A stretch of DNA of 64,000 nt, from the NCBI GenBank assembly GCA_963805945.1, contig CAWDVP010000002.1, forward strand, positions 384,001-448,000, read 5' to 3'. This document shows, piece by piece, positions 14,503-24,383 of this stretch. The position numbers and the translations under genes were made by a program. The notes beneath the pieces were generated by a model, which worked only from the letters and a program-made list of their open reading frames with translations, made no database searches and was not told where the DNA came from. Positions within the stretch are counted from its first letter, which is position 1; every line of letters begins with the position of its first letter. The stretch comes from Vulcanimicrobiota bacterium. GTDB taxonomy: Bacteria; Vulcanimicrobiota; Vulcanimicrobiia; Eremiobacterales; Eremiobacteraceae.

Positions 14503-15377
14503 GCTTCTTCCTAGCAGGCGTGCGTGCTCGGTTCGCCGTCACGCTCGTCTTCGGTCTCGGCTTCGCCGCAGCGCTGTGCACCGCGTCGGCGAGCGCAGCC
14601 GTCGAGACGCCGTCCGCCACGCCGCCGCCCGCGATGAGCTTGTCCGATGAAGACCTGCCATCCCCAAGCCATGAAAGCCCACTGGATCCGAGCGAATGGT
14701 TCTCTATCGAAGACGAGGCGATGCCGAGCTACGACGGCATGACGGGCGCCGGCAACACGATGAACCTGCGCGCGCAGATCCCGATCGGTCACGATCTCCT
14801 ACCGATTCTTGGCCGGTTGACCAGGTTGCAGCTTATCAAATTCAAACTGCCATACCAGTTCTCGTCGCCGTCGCAGTCGAGTCCGGGACTCGGCGACACC
14901 ACTCTCGTCGGCCTGACATATCTCGGAAGACGCGATTTCAAGTGGACGATCGGCCCGTCGTTCAAACTACCCACCGCGTCGCAGATGTCGCTTGGCTCCG
15001 GCAAGTGGTCGGTCGGGCCTGCAGGCAGCTACGCCTACCGGCATGGCGATACCGAGATGGGCATCTACACGCAAAACTTCTTCTCGTTCGCCGGCCCCTC
15101 ATCGCGCAAAGCGGTGTCGCAAACAGAATTCCAGCCGAGTCTCGCCTTCGGGCTTGGGCACGGCTGGAGCGTCGGCACATCGTACATGATGTTCAAATAC
15201 AATTGGGAGAAGCCGGCGTGGGAGAACGTGCCGCTGGGCATCCGTTTTGCGAAGAAGTTCTCGCTGGGCGCTGGACGCATGGACGCCGGCCTCGAGGCCG
15301 AGAAGAACCTCACCTTCTACAAGGGCCAGCCTGACATGACCTACCGCATCAACTTCAAATACCGACCCAAACACTGA
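14499..15377 (+). CDS. Exported protein, probable outer-membrane beta-barrel (MetA-pathway/SphA-like)
   Basis: Signal peptide; GLGDT, GP...LPTAS..LGSGKWSVGP; alternating aromatic strands at the C-terminus. Confidence 0.6.
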   Translation: MSFFLAGVRARFAVTLVFGLGFAAALCTASASAAVETPSATPPPAMSLSDEDLPSPSHESPLDPSEWFSIEDEAMPSYDGMTGAGNTMNLRAQIPIGHDLLPILGRLTRLQLIKFKLPYQFSSPSQSSPGLGDTTLVGLTYLGRRDFKWTIGPSFKLPTASQMSLGSGKWSVGPAGSYAYRHGDTEMGIYTQNFFSFAGPSSRKAVSQTEFQPSLAFGLGHGWSVGTSYMMFKYNWEKPAWENVPLGIRFAKKFSLGAGRMDAGLEAEKNLTFYKGQPDMTYRINFKYRPKH

Positions 15378-15379
15378 CC

Positions 15380-15838
15380 ATGCCGATAAGGCCGGTGCAA
15401 GCGCGCGACGCGGAGGCATGGCTGGCGATGCGGGCCCGCCTGTGGCCCGCGGCGGACGCCGGCGAGCTGGCCAGAGAGGCGCGCGGATTCGCCGCCGGTG
15501 GTGAGAAAGGGATCCTGGACGCGGTCTTCCTCGCCGAAGACGATCGAGCGCGGCCGCTCGGTTTCCTGGAGCTTTCCGTGCGCGCTTTTTCGGACGGCTG
15601 CGACTCCATGCCGGTGCCGCACGTGGAAGGCTGGTATGTCGAAGTCTCCGCGCGCCGCCAGGGCTTCGGGCGGGCGCTGGTGCGCGCCGCCGAGGACTGG
15701 GCGCGTGCTCGGGGGTTCACCGAACTCGCTTCAGATGCGGAACTCGACAACGCCGCGGCCCAATGCGCCCATGACAGGTGCGGATTCGAGGAGGTCGACC
15801 GGCTCGTCAAGTTCCGGAAGAGGCTGTTTCCACGATGA
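15380..15838 (+). CDS. GNAT acetyltransferase of the AAC(6')-Iy/Iz/Ic-like family
   Basis: W..MR..LWP, GC...PV..VEGWYV, RRQGFGR, ELASDAELDN..A..AH...GF.E. Confidence 0.8.
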   Translation: MPIRPVQARDAEAWLAMRARLWPAADAGELAREARGFAAGGEKGILDAVFLAEDDRARPLGFLELSVRAFSDGCDSMPVPHVEGWYVEVSARRQGFGRALVRAAEDWARARGFTELASDAELDNAAAQCAHDRCGFEEVDRLVKFRKRLFPR

Positions 15839-15929
15839 AGAAATCAGGCGGATAGTCGCGTAACACAACGCGCTATGGTATCGTTACAGGGCACGGGAGC
15901 ATTATTGTTGCTCTAGGGGGGATCGTCAC

Positions 15930-17321
15930 ATGAAAAAATGGCTGTTCGCGTTCGTCGCACTGGGCGTCCTGATCGCGCAACCGCATCGCGCGAGTGCCGC
16001 CATCACGGCATCGATGTCGATCGTCGGCCCGAGCTCGTATAACGGTTGTCCTGTCACGGTGAAGTTCACCGGCACCATCTCAGGTAAGGTGGGGACGGTT
16101 TTCACCTACAGCTTCAACCGCTTCATCAACGGCGCGCAGACCGTCGTCAACGGCGGCACGACGACGATGCCGGCCAGTGGTTCGATCGCGGTGAACGACT
16201 CCATGTCGCTCGCATCCTCGGCGATGTCCAACACCTTCGACCAACTATGGGTGCACGGCATCTCCGGCGGCCTGCCCGACGTCTATTCGAACAAAGCCAG
16301 CTTCACCGTGAACTGCGCGACGCCACCGCCGGCAGCCACGCCCCCGCCTGCACCTAACTCCCTGACGAGCACCAACGATCCTCAGGTGTGCACGGCGCAC
16401 GGCGGCTTCGGCGGCGGTCTCGCGTGCAGCGCAGGCTTCAGCAACGGCTGGCTCGCGCTCATCTGGAACGCCCCGAACACGTGCCCCAACTGCATCGGCG
16501 GGTATAACGTCTACCGCGTCGACGGCGGGCAGCACACCTTCATCTACAAGCAGAACAACGGCAGGGATGTGACGCTCTCGCTCGTCACCAAACCGAGCGA
16601 CGGTTTCAGCGGCAAATGCTACACGGTCACGTCCTACTCCGGCAGTGCGGAATCGATCGACAGCGGCGCGTTCTGCGTCAACGGCCCGGTCGACCAGCCG
16701 GTCGTGCGCAGCTTCAACTTCACTCCGAACGCGACGCGCACCGTCTACCACCACTACAGCTATTCGGCGCCGGGGCCTGGCTGCGGCTTGAGCGGTCTCG
16801 GCACGGGACCGGGCGGCCTCTTCGTGGGCTTCGTGCACGACTACTCGAGTTCGATCGGCATCACGTGCTATGAGGACACGTCGGTCAACCAGACCGCGGT
16901 GAGCTTCGAACTGGGCACCGCGGGCATCATCTTGCGCAACTCGAAGGCCAGCGTCCAAAGCGCCATCCTCACGTTCCAGCGCGTGGACGGCAGCAACGCC
17001 AGCTGCATCGCCGGCGTGCACCTGCCGACCGGCGACTGGTCGAACGCGCAGGACCTGATCCCGAACACCGATTACATCAGCGGCATCCCGTGGAGCAGCA
17101 ACGGCGTCAGCGTCAACAGCAACCAGGTGAAGATCTCGGGCTCGAACTACTCGATCGACGTCTCGAGCGCGATCAACAACTTCGCCAAGGGAAACTGGAA
17201 CGATCACGGCTTCCTGCTCATCGGCGGCAACGAAGACACGAGCGGCTTCCACGACAACAACCAGTGCATCTCGACGGTCGGCAACTTCGCGCTCAGCCTC
17301 AAGGTGATCATCCAACCGTGA
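15930..17321 (+). CDS. Secreted multidomain Cys-rich beta protein (Ig-like, FN3-like and DNRLRE-like parts)
   Basis: Signal peptide, Pro linker, W....GYNVYR and CYTVTSY (FN3-like), SAILTF...IDVS..N..W.DHGFLL; GGGGGA RBS. Confidence 0.7.
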   Translation: MKKWLFAFVALGVLIAQPHRASAAITASMSIVGPSSYNGCPVTVKFTGTISGKVGTVFTYSFNRFINGAQTVVNGGTTTMPASGSIAVNDSMSLASSAMSNTFDQLWVHGISGGLPDVYSNKASFTVNCATPPPAATPPPAPNSLTSTNDPQVCTAHGGFGGGLACSAGFSNGWLALIWNAPNTCPNCIGGYNVYRVDGGQHTFIYKQNNGRDVTLSLVTKPSDGFSGKCYTVTSYSGSAESIDSGAFCVNGPVDQPVVRSFNFTPNATRTVYHHYSYSAPGPGCGLSGLGTGPGGLFVGFVHDYSSSIGITCYEDTSVNQTAVSFELGTAGIILRNSKASVQSAILTFQRVDGSNASCIAGVHLPTGDWSNAQDLIPNTDYISGIPWSSNGVSVNSNQVKISGSNYSIDVSSAINNFAKGNWNDHGFLLIGGNEDTSGFHDNNQCISTVGNFALSLKVIIQP

Positions 17322-18427
17322 GCCGCACAGCGGCGAGATACGCGATGCGCGCGGTTCTCGCCGCTGCCTCGACCGTCGTGCTTTGCCTTTCGGCTGTCGC
17401 GACGGCGCGAGCCGGACAGCCGGTCGCATCGACCGATGCTCCGGTGCCGAGCGGACTCGTCGTGGTCATAGATGCGCGCGCGCTCGACGACCCCTCATGG
17501 CGTCAAGCACTGGATGATCCGTCCATCAGCGGCATCGCGCTGCAGATCCATTGGAGCGATATCGAACCCACCGAAGGAAGCCCCGACTGGTCGAAGCTCG
17601 ATGCGGTGCTTTCCGCTGCAGCCGGCTCGAAGAAGTGGGTGCAGCTCCTCATCTTCCCCGGCTTCTTCAGCCCTGCGTGGGCCCTCGAAGGCGCACAGAC
17701 AGAACAATTCCCGATACAGTATGGGCCTGGCAAAGGCAGCGTGGAGACGCTCCCGATGCCGTGGGATACGGTGTACCTCAGCCGCTGGCTCGCATTCATA
17801 AAACGATTGAGCGAGAGGTACGGAAAGGCGCCCGCCTTGAGGATGATCGCCGCCGCGGGACCGACATCCGTGTCTGGGGAGTTCACATTACCGAACTCGC
17901 CGAGGGATCTCAAGACCTGGCAAGACGATTCCTATACTCCGAGCAAATACATAGGGGCGTGGGTCGCGGTCTTCAAGGCGTACGCCGCCGACTTTCCCGA
18001 TCAGTACGTCTCGCTATCTCTGGGACGTGGTCTGAGTATCAACGATCAAGGCAAGATCGATGCGGGTGAGCATTCGCGCACAAAGCAAGCGATCGTCGAC
18101 CAAGCGATCGGGATCTTAGGCCGGCGTTGCGCCCTTCAGTACAGCAATCTCGACGGGACCGCGAACCCGGACGTCGAGGGCACCGGCTTTCTCATCGGTT
18201 ACAATGGGCGAGTCGTGACCGGTCTGCAACTGCGCACGTCGGCCGCCAACGCAGGGATGGGCGCCGACGGCGATCCCCCGCTCGCCTTGCGACGATCGAT
18301 CGATAAAGGGATGCAACCGAACGGCGCTGGTCAGCGTGCGAACTACCTTGAGATATACGAACCCGATGTGCTCGCGCCGGACATGCAACCGGTGCTGCGG
18401 TATGGGGCGGCGCGCTTCACTCCGTGA
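17318..18427 (+). CDS. Secreted putative glycoside hydrolase (TIM-barrel-like)
   Basis: Signal peptide, WSDIEPTEG.PDWSKLD, P.W, PMPWD..YL, YLEIY; coupled to the upstream gene (GTGA overlap). Confidence 0.6.
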   Translation: MSRTAARYAMRAVLAAASTVVLCLSAVATARAGQPVASTDAPVPSGLVVVIDARALDDPSWRQALDDPSISGIALQIHWSDIEPTEGSPDWSKLDAVLSAAAGSKKWVQLLIFPGFFSPAWALEGAQTEQFPIQYGPGKGSVETLPMPWDTVYLSRWLAFIKRLSERYGKAPALRMIAAAGPTSVSGEFTLPNSPRDLKTWQDDSYTPSKYIGAWVAVFKAYAADFPDQYVSLSLGRGLSINDQGKIDAGEHSRTKQAIVDQAIGILGRRCALQYSNLDGTANPDVEGTGFLIGYNGRVVTGLQLRTSAANAGMGADGDPPLALRRSIDKGMQPNGAGQRANYLEIYEPDVLAPDMQPVLRYGAARFTP

Positions 18428-18525
18428 GGCATTGAACGCGGCGCCACCCGTCCTTGCGGGGGCGAGCCAAAGCCCCGCGTCGAAGTCTAGCAGACTCGAA
18501 CAAGACGCAAGGGAAAGGCATGACC

Positions 18526-19567
18526 ATGAAGGCTCTCGTCTACAACGGCCCCGGCAAGAAAGCGCTGGAAGATCGTCCTATGCCGGAGGTCTCGGCACCC
18601 ACTGACGCCATCGTGAAGATGACGAAGACCACCATCTGCGGCACCGACCTGCACATCCTCAAAGGCGACGTGCCGAGCTGTGCGCCCGGCACGCACTCTC
18701 GGGCACGAAGGGGTCGGCGTCGTCGACACGATCGGCGCCGCCGTCACCCAGTTCAAGACCGGCGATCACGTGCTCGTCTCGTGCATCTCCTCGTGCGGGA
18801 AATGCGAATACTGCCGGCGCGGCATGTACTCCCACTGCACGACGGGCGGCTGGATCCTCGGCAACAAGATCAACGGCACGCAAGCGGAGTACGTCCGCGC
18901 GCCGCACGCGGACACCAGCCTCTACAAGATCCCCGCGGGCGTCGATGAGGAGGCGCTCGTCATGCTGAGCGACATCCTGCCGACCGGCTTCGAGTGCGGC
19001 GTGCTCAACGGCGAAAGTCCAACCGGGCGCCACCGTGGCCATCGTCGGTTCCGGCCCCATCGGGCTCGCGGCGCTGCTGACGGCGCAGTTTCTTCTCGCC
19101 GTCAGAGATCATCATGATCGATCTCGACGACAATCGGCTCGAGGTCGCGCGCCGTCTCGGCGCGACAAAGACGATCAACAGCGGCGACGGCAAAGCGGTC
19201 GAGAAGGTCATGCAGATGACCGGCGGGCGCGGCGTCGACTGCTCCATCGAGGCGGTCGGCATTCCGGCGACGTTCGGCATGTGCCAAGAGCTGGTCGCGC
19301 CGGGCGGCACGATCGCCAACATCGGCGTCCACGGCGCCAAGGTCGACCTGCATCTCGAACGCCTGTGGTCGCAGAACATCGCCATCACGACGCGTCTGGT
19401 CGACACGGTCACCACCCCGATGCTGCTCAAGACCGTGCGATCGGGCACGATCGAGCCCAAGCAGCTCATAACGCACCACTTCCCGTTCGACTCGCGTGCT
19501 TGACGCGTACGACACGTTCGGTCAAGCGGCCAAGACCCAGGCGCTCAAGGTCATCATCGAACTGTAA
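18526..19567 (+). CDS. Zn-dependent alcohol dehydrogenase (frameshifted)
   Basis: ICGTDLH, GHEGVG, CGKCEYC..G..SHC, LSDILPTG, GSGPIG across frames. Confidence 0.9.
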
Positions 19568-19570
19568 GGC

Positions 19571-20848
19571 CTAGGGTTCGAAGAAGCGGCGCCCCGCTAG
19601 CTCGTCGGGCAGGTGCTGCTGCTCGACCTTCGCGTCGGGGTAGTCGTGCGCATAGCGGTATTCCTTGCCGTAGCCGAGATCGCGCATCAAGCCGGTGACC
19701 GCGTTGCGCAGATGCAGCGGCACCGGCAGGGTGCCGGTCTGCTCGATCGCCGCGACCGCCGCGCCGTATGCCCGCAGACCTGAGTTGCTCTTCTTCGCAA
19801 GCGCTAGATAGAGCGTCGCCTCCACCAATGGGTACATCGCCTCGGGCATGCCGATCGCGTGCACCGCGTAATGCGCGGCGGTCGCCATCGGCAACGCCTG
19901 GGGATCGCCAAGCCCGACGTCCTCACCGGCCAAGATGACGAGCCGGCGCGCGACGAACATCGGGTCCTCGCCCGCTTCGAGCATGCGCGCGAGCCAGTAC
20001 ACCGCAGCGTGCGGATCGCTGCCGCGCACCGACTTGATGAACGCCGATATGAGGTCGTAGTGCTCGTCGCCGGCGCGGTCGTAGCGCAGCGCGCGGCGCT
20101 GCATGGCCTCTTCGACATCGCGCGCCGCGATCACCACCCCGCCGCTACCGCCGCGCGACGAGGCGATCTCATACGCGAGCTCCAGCGCGTTGAGCGCCGA
20201 GCGCGCGTCGCCGTCCGCCAGCGCGATGAGCTTCGCGCGCGCGTCATCGGCCACCGTCGCGGCTCCCGCGAGGCCGCGCTGAGGATCCGCGAGCGCACGA
20301 TCGACGATCGTGCCGATCTCATCGGCGCCGAGCGCCTTGAGCACGAACACGCGGCTGCGCGACAGCAGCGCGCTGTTGATCTCGAACGACGGGTTCTCCG
20401 TGGTCGCGCCGATGAAGGTGATATCGCCGCGCTCGACGTGCGGCAGCACGACGTCCTGCTGCGCCTTGTTGAAGCGATGGATCTCGTCGACGAACACGAT
20501 CGTGCCGCGCGCGCGATCGCGCTTCGCGTCGGCGACGATGCGGCGCAGGTCCGCGACGCCCGCGGTGACGGCCGACAGCGCGACGAAGTGCGCGCCGACC
20601 GAGCGCGCGGCCAAACGCGCGAGCGTCGTCTTGCCGCTGCCGGGCGGACCCCACAACACGATGGAGGGCAGCTTGCGCTGTTCGATCGCGGTGCGCAGCG
20701 CGGTGCCCGGCCCGACGATCTTCTCCTGGCCCACGAATTCGTCGAGCGTGCGCGGCCGCATGCGCGCGGCCAGCGGCGCGCCGACCGGCAGCGGCTCGTC
20801 GGCGCCGGCGTCCGGCGGGCTCTCGAACAAACGCGGTTCGTCTGACAT
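19571..20848 (-). CDS. rarA: Replication-associated recombination protein A (MgsA/RarA)
   Basis: PLAARMRP, WGPPGSGKTT, DEIHRFNKAQQD, ATTENPSF, ISAFIKSVRGSD. Confidence 0.96.
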   Translation of the reverse strand: MSDEPRLFESPPDAGADEPLPVGAPLAARMRPRTLDEFVGQEKIVGPGTALRTAIEQRKLPSIVLWGPPGSGKTTLARLAARSVGAHFVALSAVTAGVADLRRIVADAKRDRARGTIVFVDEIHRFNKAQQDVVLPHVERGDITFIGATTENPSFEINSALLSRSRVFVLKALGADEIGTIVDRALADPQRGLAGAATVADDARAKLIALADGDARSALNALELAYEIASSRGGSGGVVIAARDVEEAMQRRALRYDRAGDEHYDLISAFIKSVRGSDPHAAVYWLARMLEAGEDPMFVARRLVILAGEDVGLGDPQALPMATAAHYAVHAIGMPEAMYPLVEATLYLALAKKSNSGLRAYGAAVAAIEQTGTLPVPLHLRNAVTGLMRDLGYGKEYRYAHDYPDAKVEQQHLPDELAGRRFFEP

Positions 20849-20856
20849 GGGCGCGC

Positions 20857-21591
20857 TTAGCGGCGCAGCGCCGCGACGGTGCGCATCCAGCTGAGGATCT
20901 CGCCGACGGTGACCTTCGACACGCCCTTCTCGCGGTTGCGAAAGGCGATCGGCACCTCGACGATGCGCGCACCCGCCGCCGACGCTTCGTAGAGCAGCTC
21001 GGGCACCATCGAATAGCCGGTCGACTTGAGCGCTTCCATCCGCATGCGGCGCAGCAGGCAGGCCGAATAGAGACGGAAGCCGGATGTGCAGTCGCGCACC
21101 GTTAGGCCGAGCAGCGCGCGCGCGGCGCCGTTGGCCACCGCGCTGTTGAGCTTGCGCGCGAACGAGAAGTTCTCGACCGTGCCGCCCGGGGCGTAGCGCG
21201 AGCCGATGACCATGTCGGCCTCGCCCGAGTCGATGTGCGCGAACATCGCAGGCAGCGCCGCCGGGTCGTGCGAGCCGTCCGCGTCCATCGTCGCGATCAT
21301 GCCATAGCCGGCGGCGAGGCCGCGCGCGAAACCCGCCAGATACGCCGTGCCGAGGCCGAGCTTGCCGGTGCGGGAGAGCAGCGACACGCGCGCATCGGCC
21401 GCGATCATGGCGCTGACGATCTGCGCCGTGCCGTCGGGCGAGGCGTCGTCCACGACGAGCGCGTCGGCGCGCGGCGACGCGGCCAGAACGGCCGACACCG
21501 TCGAGCGGATATTGTCGCGCTCCTGATACGTCGGTAGCACGACGAGGCAGCGCGAGGGCAGAAGCGGTGCTTGAGAAGCCAAGGGACGCAC
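20857..21591 (-). CDS. Polyprenol-monophosphomannose synthase-like GT2 (start approximate)
   Basis: LPTYQERDN, VDDASPDGT, KLGLGTAY, MDADGSHDP, DCTSGFRLY. Confidence 0.88.
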   Translation of the reverse strand: MRPLASQAPLLPSRCLVVLPTYQERDNIRSTVSAVLAASPRADALVVDDASPDGTAQIVSAMIAADARVSLLSRTGKLGLGTAYLAGFARGLAAGYGMIATMDADGSHDPAALPAMFAHIDSGEADMVIGSRYAPGGTVENFSFARKLNSAVANGAARALLGLTVRDCTSGFRLYSACLLRRMRMEALKSTGYSMVPELLYEASAAGARIVEVPIAFRNREKGVSKVTVGEILSWMRTVAALRR

Positions 21592-21637
21592 AGTTCGGCG
21601 CCGGGGTTCGCCGAACCCCGTCGCGAAAAGGCTGCAG

Positions 21638-22834
21638 GTGGCCATCTATCTCGACAACGCCGCGACCACCGCGCTCCGGCCCGAGGCGCTCGACGCGATG
21701 CTGCCGTTCCTGCGCGATGAATTCGCCAATCCTTCAAGCCCGCATTCGGCCGGACAGCGCGTGCGCCGGGCGCTCGACGACGCGCGCGAGCGCACCGCTG
21801 CCGCACTTGGCGCGCAGCCGGCCGAGATCGTGTTCACCGGCAGCGGCTCGGAGTCGGATTGCCTCGCGATCTTCGGCATGCTCGACGCGCGTGGCGCGGC
21901 GCGCGGCCGCTTCATCACCAGCGCGATCGAGCACCACGCGGTGCTGCACGCCGCAGACGCGCTGCGCGAGCGAGGGCACCGCGTGACGGTGCTGCCGGTC
22001 GACGCGGAAGGCTTCGTGTCAAAGGAAGCGCTCGCCGCCGCGCTCGATGTTGGGCGGCCCGCCGAGCGCACGCTCGTCAGCGTCATGCACGCAAACAACG
22101 AGATCGGCACGATTCAGCACATCAAGGAACTCGCCGCTATCGCGCACGGACGCGGCGCGCTCCTCCACACCGATGCGGTGCAGACGGTCGGGCACATCCC
22201 GCTGCACGTCGGCGAGCTGGACGTCGACGCGCTCACACTCTCGGCGCACAAGTTCGAGGGCCCCAAGGGCGTCGGCGCGCTGTATCTGCGCCGCGGCATC
22301 GCCGCGACGCCCATCGTCTACGGCGGCGGGCAAGAAGGCGGTCGCCGCGCCGGCACCGAGAACGTCGCCGGCATCGTCGGGCTGTCGGTCGCGCTCGAGC
22401 GCGCGGTCCACGAGCTCGGCGCGACCGCGCCCGCGATCGCCCGCGTGCGCGATCAACTAATCGAAGGCGTCCTCGCGCGCATCCCCATGACCGCGCTCAA
22501 CGGCGCACGGCGCGAGCGCTTGCCGAACAACGCCAGCCTGCGCTTCGAGGGGATCGAAGGGCAGACGCTGGTCTTGGGCCTGGATCTCGCCGGTTTCGCC
22601 ACCTCGACGGGCAGCGCGTGTACCTCAGGCTCGCTCGAGCCATCCCACGTGCTCTCCGCCCTCGGTCTGAGCGCGCCAGAGGCGCGCGGCACGGTGCGGT
22701 TCTCGCTCGGGCGGCAGACCCGTGACAGCGATATCGAGGTTTTGATCGAGCGCGTAGCGGGTATCGTTCACGAGCTCAGAAAGCTCTCGCCTTCCCTCGT
22801 GGCTGGGGGAGGTATGTCCCACAAACAAGAATGA
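21638..22834 (+). CDS. iscS: Cysteine desulfurase
   Basis: YLDNAATT, NPSS.H, HTDAVQ, SAHKFEGPKG, STGSACTSG. Confidence 0.93.
   Translation: MAIYLDNAATTALRPEALDAMLPFLRDEFANPSSPHSAGQRVRRALDDARERTAAALGAQPAEIVFTGSGSESDCLAIFGMLDARGAARGRFITSAIEHHAVLHAADALRERGHRVTVLPVDAEGFVSKEALAAALDVGRPAERTLVSVMHANNEIGTIQHIKELAAIAHGRGALLHTDAVQTVGHIPLHVGELDVDALTLSAHKFEGPKGVGALYLRRGIAATPIVYGGGQEGGRRAGTENVAGIVGLSVALERAVHELGATAPAIARVRDQLIEGVLARIPMTALNGARRERLPNNASLRFEGIEGQTLVLGLDLAGFATSTGSACTSGSLEPSHVLSALGLSAPEARGTVRFSLGRQTRDSDIEVLIERVAGIVHELRKLSPSLVAGGGMSHKQE
22738..22764 (+). promoter_or_regulatory. SigB/SigF-type promoter inside the iscS 3' end
   Basis: GGTTT-N16-GGGTAT, about 80 nt upstream of the DUF948 gene. Confidence 0.7.
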
Positions 22835-22844
22835 CGGAAATCCC

Positions 22845-23249
22845 ATGAACGCACAAGATTTCATGTACATCTCGATCGGGCTGGCGTGCCTGGTCGTCGC
22901 CGGTTTCTTGGCATTCGTCTTCGTGCGCTTGGCGGCGCTGCTGACCCGCGCCGAAGACACGCTCGGCAAAGCGGACGCGACGCTCGAGCATCTCGACGCG
23001 CCGATCGTGAAGACGATGGACGGGGTCGGGAACATCACGCAGCGGTTGGACACCTTGCTCGGCAAGGTCAACCGTGTGACGAGCATCGCCGAAAGGGCGG
23101 CGGACGTCGTCGACAAGGCGTCGGATGCCGCGCAATCGCGGATCACGCCGACCGTGCTGCGCATCGCCAGCCTCGTCGCCGGGCTCGGCGCCGGCACGCG
23201 CGACTTTTTCACTTCACGCGACAACGGTTCGCACAAAGGAGATCGGTAA
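22845..23249 (+). CDS. DUF948 (YtxG/YoxC-like) general stress protein
   Basis: N-terminal TM helix plus coiled coil, upstream of a YtxH-like gene. Confidence 0.7.
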   Translation: MNAQDFMYISIGLACLVVAGFLAFVFVRLAALLTRAEDTLGKADATLEHLDAPIVKTMDGVGNITQRLDTLLGKVNRVTSIAERAADVVDKASDAAQSRITPTVLRIASLVAGLGAGTRDFFTSRDNGSHKGDR

Positions 23250-23596
23250 TGGAGAACAACGACAACGGCAACTCGGGCGTCGGCTTCCTCTCAGGACTCG
23301 TGCTCGGCGCGTTCGCGGGAGCCATCCTCGCCCTCGTCCTCGCGCCGCAGACCGGCGAAGAGACGCGCGACCTGATCGCCGGCAAGGCGCAGGAAGCGAA
23401 AGGCAAAGCCATGGACATCGCCTCTGACCTCAAGGATCTCGCTGGGCAGCTCTCCGACGATCTGCGCCGGCAGGCCGACGACCTGTCGCGCCGGTCGCGC
23501 GAAGCGTACGAGAGCACGTCGAAACGGGCCGAAGGCGCGCTGCACGCGGCGAAGAGCGCCGCCAAGGCGAAAATCGACGAACTGCAGCAGGGTTAG
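23249..23596 (+). CDS. YtxH-domain general stress protein
   Basis: FLSGLVLGAFAGAILALVLAPQTGEETR motif plus helical tail. Confidence 0.88.
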   Translation: MENNDNGNSGVGFLSGLVLGAFAGAILALVLAPQTGEETRDLIAGKAQEAKGKAMDIASDLKDLAGQLSDDLRRQADDLSRRSREAYESTSKRAEGALHAAKSAAKAKIDELQQG

Positions 23597-23605
23597 GCGA
23601 CAAGC

Positions 23606-23953
23606 GTGGATATCGCGGTAGAAGTACGGGAAGTCCCGGGCAAGAACGGCGCGCGCATCGTCGATCTCAACGGCGAGATCGACGTGTACACCTCGCCGCG
23701 CGTCAAGGAGACCATCACCGATCTCATCGATCAGGGCCACTACGACCTGATCATCAACCTGGAGAACGTCCGCTATATCGACTCGACCGGCTTGGGCGTG
23801 CTCATCGGCGGCCTGAAGCGGGTGCGCGAGCACAGCGGTACGGTCAGCCTGGTGTGCACGAATCCGCAGATAAAGAAGATATTCGACATCACCGGACTGG
23901 TGAAGATCTTCGGCATCTTCGACTCGGAGCCGAGCGCGAGCGCGGCGCTATGA
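23606..23953 (+). CDS. rsbV: STAS anti-anti-sigma factor
   Basis: GEIDVYTSP, YIDSTGLGVL. Confidence 0.9.
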   Translation: MDIAVEVREVPGKNGARIVDLNGEIDVYTSPRVKETITDLIDQGHYDLIINLENVRYIDSTGLGVLIGGLKRVREHSGTVSLVCTNPQIKKIFDITGLVKIFGIFDSEPSASAAL

Positions 23954-24378
23954 TCTCACCTCAGGAGAGCGGCGGCGATTCCGGCAGCATCGAACTCCGT
24001 CTGCCGAGCAAGGCCGAATGGGTCGGCGTGGCGCGGCTCGCGATCGCCGGCGTCGCGAGCCGGCTCAACTTCAGCGTCGAGGACATCGAGGACCTGAAGC
24101 TCGCCGTCGCGGAGGCGTGCACGAACTGCATCCAGCATGCGAGCGATAACGACGAAGTGCGCATCGCGTGCGTCGTCTCGGAATCGAAGCTGACGGTCAC
24201 CGTCCAGGACAACGGCAAAGGATTCGACGGCCGGGGCATCAATCCGAAATCGCTCGGCGAGCCCAAAGTGGGCGGGCTGGGCGTGTTTCTCATCCGCACG
24301 CTCATGGACGACGTGAGCTATGAGGTCGATCCGGCATCGGGGACGAAACTCACGATGACCAAACACGTCCGATCGTAG
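23950..24378 (+). CDS. rsbW: Anti-sigma factor / Ser kinase
   Basis: DLKLAVAEACTN, D.GKGFD, GGLGVFLIRTLMD. Confidence 0.9.
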   Translation: MISPQESGGDSGSIELRLPSKAEWVGVARLAIAGVASRLNFSVEDIEDLKLAVAEACTNCIQHASDNDEVRIACVVSESKLTVTVQDNGKGFDGRGINPKSLGEPKVGGLGVFLIRTLMDDVSYEVDPASGTKLTMTKHVRS

Positions 24379-24383
24379 CAGCC

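Noticed and set aside
21593..21620. Inverted repeat CGGGGTTCG-C-CGAACCCCG between the GT2 gene and iscS as a LexA box
   Set aside because: The half-site order is opposite to the GAAC-N4-GTTC box; it may be another operator but I cannot support a call.
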